A stretch of 60,183 nt of DNA, filler included, from Sluysia triapertura (lineage: Eukaryota): NCBI GenBank assembly GCA_046118255.1. It is 4 parts of 4 records of this genome, joined end to end, with 100 filler letters (N's around TTAATTAATTAA, not from the genome) between each part and the next. Parts side by side here need not be neighbours in the genome. Positions count along the whole stretch, not along the records: positions 49,407 to 60,183 come from JBJNIA010193649.1; 3 more parts are not named here. One strand, 5' to 3'. Positions 51,379 through 60,183 of the stretch are shown piece after piece. The number at the start of each line of letters is the position of its first letter. Within the stretch, counting starts at the first letter, position 1. The position numbers were made by a program, and so were the translations under genes. Under the pieces are notes generated by a model. It was not told the origin of the DNA and made no database searches. It worked only from the letters and a program-made list of their open reading frames with translations.

Positions 51379-54300
51379 TCAACAGCTTGGTGATAGTCTT
51401 AAACCTCCATCAATTCTTATAAATGCGCCATTTATCATTCGATTTTCAGTAATCTTTTGAACACAATGAGCAAATTCATCTGGATTTCCAAATCGTTCCG
51501 GATATAATGTGTAAAAAACATAAAAATCTTTTAATTTAGGACACATACTTTCATTTCCATCATTCGTAAAAATGCCTAAATTAAAATTTACAATATTTAT
51601 TCGGAAATATGTTCATGTTAATTTAAAAATAAATATAATTATTACGTATATTAAATTACTTTAACGAAGAAAGAAATTAAATTAATACCAGATAACAGTT
51701 AACATAAACGAAATTAGACAGACTAACGAAACTGATATCTAAACTTATTTTAAAAAATTGTTTCATCGTTTAAATTTTGTTATAAATAAAATAATTTTAA
51801 TTTATTATATTTTTCTTTCTAACAAGGGATTGGTAACAGAAATAGTGGACAGAATAGAGAGTTATAAAATAAAAGTATTCTTTAAAATAATCGAATAAAG
51901 TATTTGATCTTGAAGCGTAGATATATAAAATAAATAAAGGTCCAGATAAAGAATAGAAATTTAATTAAGCAATTAGTAACTAATAAACACCTCCATCTCG
52001 AGTAACTGAGACGAGTATTCGAGTTCACACTTCCAGATAAGGCAAATGTAATAGACAAAGTATAGATATTTTTGCAGAGTTAATCAATAGAGAAAATTTA
52101 CATTAGTAAAAGATTGTAAATCCAAGTAGTAATATAAAGTGAGAATGCTATTAAAGAAGTTTAGATTATTACTAAAAAATAAGAGTTCATTACAAGCACA
52201 TACAAATTCTGTAAAATAAAATACAACATAATAAAACCACATTAATATTTTTTACACACTCTACAATATGACATTGTACTGCTATCATTTTGTTACTGTA
52301 TTATTGTTCTATCACTATGTTATTGTTATTATTCCTTTTTTCTTTCTCCTGTTACTTTATAACTCTCTCTATTATTTTAGTATTACTTCTTTTGTTAAGT
52401 ACTACCACCCCCTGCTGCTCAATAAGGTACTGTGATCGCTGAACCATCGTAGATGTCTAACAATTGTGGTCAAATTTAAATGGAAGTTCCAACAATTTTA
52501 GTAATACTGAATTAAATTAACTATGTCTTTAGCAGATTTTTAAGGTTTGAAATGATAAAATTGTTAAATTCGTAACGTAATATTGGTTTGCTTAATTTTT
52601 GAGCTTAATAGTTTGAACAAATTTTTAAATTAATTATGTAATAACATAGTAAACAAATTTAAAATAATAATATAGTTTACATCACATATATAAACAAAAT
52701 TTCATCTCTAACATATATCAAAACATACTCTGCATATGCCATTGAATAGCATTACTTAATTCCAATAACTTTAAGCACATCTAAACTATTACTTTTATTT
52801 ATTACCATTATTAAATTTTAACTTTTCTAAAACATTAGTCATTCTGATGAAATCTAAAAATTCAATTATTATTATTATTGTACAATTCGAAAAAGGTAGA
52901 TGCCATCATAAACATTAAAGATTGCAATGAGTCTTATTATAACGATAATAAGTAATTAGCAATGCTTTAATTCACATTTTACAGTTATATATATTCTAAA
53001 GCTAAGTCACTTGTTTAATGGGTTATTGAAAATACATTGTGACCCTGCTTAATGAATTTTGAGAGTGAACCAAAAGTGTTCAAAATGAAGAATCTGTTTA
53101 AGATATTCATTATTCAGAAGTTTTGAATTCTGAAGTTCATGACTATAGTATCGATTTTTATAGGTTTTCAACTGGTGAAAGTGAAGACAATTCGAAAACA
53201 TGGAAAGATTACAAAATGAAGTTTTACCTAGAATCGTTCGTTTCTTAAAAACAGAATAATAAATTTTTAAGGTTACTTTAAACAATCAACTGTTGAAGCA
53301 AAACCCAATTGGATAGAGTAGAATGTATTGAGAAAGTATATGAATTAAATTAGAAAAGGCGTAAAAGCTTAATTTTGATTCATTGAGCCTGCGATACTGG
53401 TTGTACAGATATAGCTAAATATTTACTCGATATTGATGTTTCTTTTAAATTATTGAGTTCAAAATACGTTTCTCTATTTGTTTGATTGCTTATCAAAAGA
53501 GAAAGAGAAATGATTTATTAGACCAAGTTCGATTAATGCGATCACTAAAATACCATGATATATCTAGTATTAAAGATAATTCTCTTAGTAATTTATGCCT
53601 TAATATAAAAGTTTGTAAACGAAACAATGAATCAATTAATAAATTATTTTTAAAAAAAGTTTTCGTTATATTTTTAGAATGTTTTAAAGCATCTATGGTC
53701 CACCATTTGCGTGATGCTCTAAATTGTTCGCACGATGAACATATTATTTATGAAGCGCTGCCTCCTTTTTCTGCATATGTGGAAAAGAACGCTATTACGT
53801 TAGAACATTATTTTACGCTCTGTGATCCAAATTAGACTTTAAATATTCTAAATATTTTTTTAAAAATACAATAAATCTGTGCTTACTTTGTAATCTATAA
53901 CGATAATAACATCAAAGTTAAAAATTCCTTAATCACTATAATAAAAATAAAGTAGTCATTATTAAGTACGTTATAATGATACAATTAAATGTCCTCAAAT
54001 GTCATTAAATTTAAAGCTTAAAGCACTAAAAGTTAAACATTACTTTCACAGTATTCGCATAGTATTTTATAAAAAGTAATATACAAAATATTTTGTGACA
54101 TTTTAATAATTTTTACTTAATTAAATCAGTAAATAAAATTTAGAAAATGAAATTTTTTTGCTTTTAATAATAAAATAATTTAGAGAAATTTCTTTCTTCT
54201 AAATATTGATTCCCTTTGTTTAAAATATCATAAATTATTTGTTATAATTATGTTTCTACAAATTCAGCAATATTGTTTCATTTTGTTAAGTCATTTTTTC

Positions 54301-57300
54301 AACAAAAAATTTGATTCATATTGTTTTTCATATTAGTTAGTTTAAATTTTATAAGGCTCTTCATTCTTCCGTGGAAAAAATCCACGTTAACATCTTTTTG
54401 TAATTACTTTTGTCGATTTAATGAGGGCTAAAGTCACGTCAAGATCCTAAAACTAAGACTATCGTCACAATAATATAAATATAATTTTCTTTTATAAATT
54501 TAATATAATAAAAATATTAATATTATTATCACTAGCGTTTGGTCACAAAATAAGAGTATATGGTACTCCGTAGTAACATCAAGACAGAGTACATATGTGT
54601 ACTCATAATATCAGGCAATATAAATAAGCAATTATGCGCATTAAAGATTCATTATTTTATTTTTAATTTGTGCAACAATATCAACTTTTATAATTATTAT
54701 ACAATTGTTACGATTAAATTGAAATATTATTATACAATTTTAAAAATACAATCTTTGGTGTTGTGAGACAAATTTTTAGTTAAAGTAATCAAATCTGAAG
54801 GAATAATTTTACTGTTCAAAGATATTACAAAGATAAGAATATCTAAGACTTTAGTTTTGGTTATTTAAGTCTTTCTCTACATAATATAGACTTGAAATCT
54901 ACGAAATTTCCTGATATTTTTTAACATTTTAAAACATCCGTAAAATTATTATTTAGATTAATTTATAATTTACCTTAAATTATAAACTTTATATAACTAT
55001 CTACTAGTCATCTCTGTATACCTATTTATTAACTTGATTAATTGAAGTATTCCGTATAGAAATTATTTTATTTTGTTAACCCCTCCCCAAACGAGTAAAA
55101 TAAACGCGTTAAGTTTGCAAATCATTTTTAAATAGGATCTAAAATAAACGAGTGTAAATTTTAGAGCTGCAATTTCATAAAATCCATCTATTTTGTAAAT
55201 ATTTTACCGTCAGTTTAAATACTCAAAAAGTACTCAAATATATTAATACTAAAAAAAGTATTCAAATATATTAATACTAAGGAGTTAATAAAAACTCAAT
55301 CAGAATAAGCATAGCAAATTACATAAAATTAGCAAGATTTATAAGATTATCACGTTTCGAGTAACCTAATTGACCGGTCTCCAAGAACTGCACACTATTT
55401 ATAAATTTATAAGTCACTATGCTTACCCATTCGACCATACTTGAATATTTTATACTTAAATCCTGCGGTCGAGCACTTAATTGCGTGAGACTTTGATCAC
55501 ACGCGAAGCCTTAAAATATTAAAATAATTGCGACAATAGGCTTTCATTAAGAAACCACATCAATCTCATTAAATATCATATAAAACTAAAAGAAATTAAA
55601 GGCAAAGGTCTTTAATTTTAAAATAAACCTCCACATATTTAATTCAGCTATCTGTTTATTTTCATTTTGATTTGTAATATTTTGAAATTTTTTCGAATAA
55701 AATATTAAGTAATTTTAAGTTCTTATTTTTGCTAATAGGGAAATACATAGAAGATAGATACAAAATACCCATGACACTAAATTAACATATTTTAATAAAT
55801 AAAATGGTAGTTTTAACATTTTTACTCTGCATAATTAAATTCATAATTGCAAACGCGCTTACTACACGTTATAAATCACAGATTATAGATGAACCTATTA
55901 GGATTACTTATTTTCCTTTTGAGAAGTTCAAAAGTTTTGTCATTATATATATCAGGTGTGCGCAGACTTTTTAACATACTTATTTTTGGCGCCCCTAAAT
56001 TAATAAAAAAATCACTATAAAAAACTTCATAAATAAAATAAATACCTTTTTAATAACAAAATGTATTTTTCTGTTTCTTATAAATTAAGTATTATTAATT
56101 AATATTAAATAATTCTTTAGGAAAAATAAAGAAAAATTAGCAAAATTGAATTTTAATTCTTTATATCAATAATGCAATATTGAGTCTGTTATTATTTCAC
56201 TTCTGTGAAATTTCAATATTTTTTCAACATGTCGCTGCTATTTCGCGATTGTGATAGCAGGCTGCTAACGTTATTTTTAATTAGCAGCTAAAATACCAAA
56301 TAGCATAACATCTCTAGTGCACATGTATAATTGCTTTGAATTTGTAATTGTATTTGCTTTGAAATTTTATTCTTGATTATTGTTCTCCATCAAGAACGTA
56401 AATTATGGAATTAGATGATGGAATTACTTGAATTGGTAAAAAACAAAAAATATTTAAATAAAAAACAAAACTTTGTAAAATCTAACAATCCGGGGGTTCG
56501 ACCCCTTGTTTGCGCACCTTTAATACATATAACCTCATATGATATTTAATTTTAATAAAACTCAGAGGACATATGGAGTGCTTATAAAATATTGCTTAGA
56601 TTATCTAACCAGTAAAAATAATAACAAGTATCTGAAATATGTAAAACCAACCTAACATATTATTTAGATTTATCAGTAAAAAAATTTTTTTCAATAATTT
56701 AATTCTCTACATAATTTATCTACGATACACCATTAATTTTTAACTTACATATAACACTTTCAACACAAACTTACCAGGACATATAGTATTAATTCTGATT
56801 CCTAAATCTTTCAGTTCACGTATTATTGGCAATACCATAGAATGTTCAGCTTCAAAATTTCCAGAACATAAAGTATGACCAGACTGGCCATCTGTACTCT
56901 GAATACCTGTTACATTCACAATTACACCACGTTCACCATCGTCATCTGGAGCATTATCTTTGAAAAGCTCACAAGCCATTTGTATTAAAGAGAATGTATT
57001 ATAAATATTACTCTGTTGAAATATTAAAATTTAATTTCACATTAGATTATTTTAAATAATCAAAATAATTATAACAGTTTATCTGGCGCCACTTTTGGGT
57101 GTTTTGATAATACAGCCTTTATATATCTGAATATAACCGAACAGATGACCTACATATTTTAAACATTTAATCTAATTTAGATGTATTACTCACTCTAATC
57201 AAAGTGGAAAGATAATTGTGACTGCATTACTTACAAACCATTAAATCAAAATAAATAATAATCATATTAAATTACTTCACACTTGAAGTGCATAATTTAA

Positions 57301-58395
57301 GATATAAAACTGTATAGTACCGACAGGAATACAAACGTTTATTCCTGAGCTACGAAAAGGGATAATTCTAATGTATCCATTTTACTTATATTTTACAATC
57401 CCCTTTTAAGTTGACTTAAAGACAAAAGACGCAACGAACTTTTTGACTCAGATATTGCTTGCAGAACATACTTATTTTATCTCCAATCTTACTAATTTCT
57501 TTAGTTAATTCGAAACTCTCTCACAATTCATTGCTAGTTTCATTTGCTTGAAGTTTTAAATGAATTTTTGACAACTATAAACGTTAGGTTTCAAAAAATC
57601 AAGTGAAGATTTTTTAGTATACATATTTTCAATCAACAAAAAATTATGTTTAGTGGCAATATGTTATAGGTTTACTGGTAAAGTAAGATCCATATTGAAA
57701 GTGTAAATGCTTCGAAAATCTACGTCAAATTCAAAAAACACTATCATAAAATAATGCAGATCTAACTTCATTTTCTAGTTCATAAGCTGTGAAATACGTA
57801 AAAACACTAAAATAATTTAAATAGACACATTATAAAACAAACGTGACGGACATTTACATTAAAAGAAACTGTAGTTAATCATCATAAGCGATTTCGTCAG
57901 ATACTCGAATAAACTAAAAACGGCACATTTGCCTAATACACATAATGGCATAATTTATGTTTATGTGCAGCTCACTCAAATTAATAGTAATGCATGGTAA
58001 ACTAACATCGAAAGTATTCTGAAATTTATCATCTAAAACCATAGTTTTTATCTTCTTACAATAGACATAACGTATACAATTTACAAATACTCTTATATTT
58101 TGATTTCTAACTTTGTTAATACTCTGCTTAATACTATTTGTATCTTTTAGCTTAAATTATATTCATTAATTACAACTAAAAATAGTTACATCTGTTTCTA
58201 AGAAATTATATGTTTTGTATAAATTTAATTCTTCTGCTTCCTGATTATCAATGTTGAAAACATTGCAACCGTGTTTGACTAATCTAAATAAAAGTACATA
58301 ATTTGTTGATTATACCACCTCAATATTGTAGCCGCACCTAAACCAGACGAACCACCAACAATAATAGCACCTAATCCCTTAATTGATTTAATCAT
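51379..58395 (-). CDS. HSD17B10: HSD17B10/scully-like short-chain dehydrogenase, divergent (exons 58395-58319, 58283-58190, 58150-58007, 57012-56775, 51575-51379)
   Basis: GGSSGLGAAT Rossmann motif, NAPDDDGERGVIVN, MVLPIIRELKDLGIRINTICPG|IF and YPERFGNPDEFAH...NGAFIRIDGGLRL. All GT-AG junctions are in phase, with no internal stop. Confidence 0.88.
53310..53480 (+). pseudogene. Ankyrin-repeat fragment within the last HSD17B10 intron (opposite strand)
   Basis: LIH*ACDTGCTDIAKYLLDID fits the ankyrin consensus LHxAxxxGxxxIVKxLL; in-frame stops. Confidence 0.5.
55953..56522. mobile_element. Non-autonomous hAT-like element
   Basis: Imperfect TIRs caggtgtgcgca / tgcgcaccttta, with 8-bp flanks atatatat / atacatat (7/8 match). 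Confidence 0.5.
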
Positions 58396-58659
58396 GTTAT
58401 TTAAAAATATAATACATAAATGAAAAAAATTAACCAAATAAATAAAAAATTTAAAAATTAAAAAATTAAAAAATAAAATAAAATAATAATAAAACTTTTT
58501 ATTTCAATATTCTTAAATAGCATAATAAAGATCATCTATAACATTTATAAAAATAGTATTTTTAAACAAAATTCATAAAATTATAAGTTAATTCTTTTTT
58601 GATGACAAATAACATAATTATGAATAATTTTTGAGTAAATTAAGAAAAAATACACTTAA

Positions 58660-59710
58660 TGTAGTCTACGAGAGCAAATGAGACATCTCTATGATAAAGT
58701 ATATGTGACAAGTTACAAATGTATTGTTATGGCGTTTATTATAAATTGTATGATTTGGAAGATTATATCTAATGTGATTATATAAATTTATCAGTAACGG
58801 TTTATTATAAAATTATTTGGGAGTTCTGACCACAACATTTGAAAAAGTGAAATTTTTGGCAGACTAATGAGTGAAGTACTATATATCTTCTAAATGTAAA
58901 AAATTTGAGGTACAAATAAGACAAGAATCAGAGTGCACCAATGAATTACTAGTAACATATGGGAAATTACAAACATATTTAGAACCGGTTACACCAGTAT
59001 TACTACCGAATGATAAAATTAAGCCAAAAACTATGCATTGTTCAAACGTCATGGCACACGAGTACAGGATATGTTAGACTTCGTAAAATGGACTGACCGG
59101 GGATCGAACCCGGGACCATCGCTGCGCTGTTCAAATGCTCAGCCCAATCTAACAGTTTTATTTTATTATTGTCAATTTTACCAAATGGTACCTTAGGCCT
59201 TTTTACCCCAACAGATAGATGACAACTTATGGATTTCTCTACCATATAGAAGTCTGGTTAAAACACCAGAAGTTATAGGTTTAACTGAATTAAAAGGTAA
59301 ATTAAAATTTTTAGCAACAAAAAATATTCATAATTCTGGTATTTATACTAATGATGACATACAAGCCGCATGGCATGAAATTTTATTCCCAATTAAGATG
59401 TCTATGGTTTTAACAGACATTGTAGATAAGACAATTGTAGAGAAAGATGGTCAAGTTAATTTTGAACTATTATTAGGACCTGATCATTTTAAGAAAGCTG
59501 CTCAGAATACATTAAGACAGATTTTTGGGGTAGTTTCTTAGTTTTAGGACAAGCTTTTTCTGGTTTAATAGGAATTTATATTATTATTAAGCTAATAGCT
59601 TTGATCATATCTCAAGTATTTTCTGTTTAGGAATATATAAGTTATCAGGATTAACCTGGCGATTAATCATATTATGTTTTCCTTTCTTAGTTAAATATTT
59701 ACTTCATCAC
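58660..59710 (+). pseudogene. Endogenous chuvirus/gB-like envelope glycoprotein, C-terminal half, frameshifted and interrupted
   Basis: REQMRHLYDKV...EVLYI/SKCKKFEVQIRQESECTNELLVTY...YLEPVT...CS...EYRI[insert]DDNLW...NSGIYTNDDI...IFIP...LLGPD...TM-like LGQAFSGLIGIYIIIKLIALII...YKLSGLTWRLIILCFP. This follows the motif order I recall for chuvirus-type glycoproteins. Confidence 0.7.
59072..59213 (-). mobile_element. Solo tRNA-containing LTR with a 4-bp TSD (GATA) inserted in env
   Basis: gata|TGTTAG...CCAACA|gata. Removing the element and one TSD restores the frame EYRI-DDNLWISLP. The D-arm/A box is deleted in this copy. Confidence 0.9.
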
Positions 59711-59949
59711 AATGCAAATTCTCAGATAAACGCGTTAAAAAAGGAGCGCACCCAAGTTAATGAAAACACGTTATTACAGAACACGAATACGATTCAAAAT
59801 AGTGAAGTTCAGGAAGAAAACACGGAAGATATTAAAGAAAGTAAAGAAGAACCAAAAGACAATAAACATCTTTTATATCCAATTCCTCCAAAGTCACCAC
59901 CCAAGAATGTACTCTATATGATTTGTGCCAATAATAATTATTATGGTGC

Positions 59950-60183
59950 GAAACGACCGATGGTTAAAATAAGAATCAATTGTATGATAATTTCAGTATT
60001 TAATTGACAAAGGAGTGGTATCCTCCTTAATAAATGAATCTTTCTTAACAAGTGAAGAACTTCACAATTTAAAGGACCATGTTTCCAATTTCGAAGGTGT
60101 AACGGTAGATGCTATAAAAATAGTAGGAGTGATGAAAGCATTTTGTGAATTAGGAAAAAACAAGTTTGAAATAAAATTAAGAG
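59950..60183 (+). pseudogene. Retropepsin-like aspartic protease, frameshifted, runs off the window
   Basis: KRPMVKIRINCMIISV/LIDKGVVSSLINE...FEGVTVDAIKIVG fits RPxxxIxINGxxxxxLIDTGAxxSLI...IxIxG. Confidence 0.7.

Overview
Very AT-rich, repeat-laden metazoan genomic DNA from a draft assembly. It has one plain N gap and three artificial N44-TTAATTAATTAA-N44 linkers. The 35-39 nt GT-AG introns and base composition would fit an orthonectid such as Intoshia, but that is an unconfirmed inference. Recognisable host genes are the 5' four exons of mind bomb (mib1, minus strand), a complete five-exon HSD17B10/scully-like SDR whose catalytic residues are lost, one Hook-family exon and two unidentified exonic segments. 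The rest is decayed mobile DNA: Tigger/pogo, hAT, piggyBac, L2/CR1, a Polinton-type polymerase tail and a chuvirus/gB-like envelope pseudogene. Four observations stand out. (1) A 135-160 bp TG...CA element family built around a tRNA-Cys-derived Pol III unit, seen as an LTR-PBS-internal-LTR mini-element and as solo copies, one with a clean 4-bp TSD. (2) A 1.77-kb element with ~300-bp terminal inverted repeats carrying a perilipin-like fragment, alongside several other scrambled host-gene fragments (ELM2+WD40, VARP+Unkempt, primase, ankyrin). (3) An envelope glycoprotein whose tail runs in frame into a retropepsin. (4) The catalytically dead HSD17B10. All protein assignments come from manual translation and remembered motifs, not from database searches.
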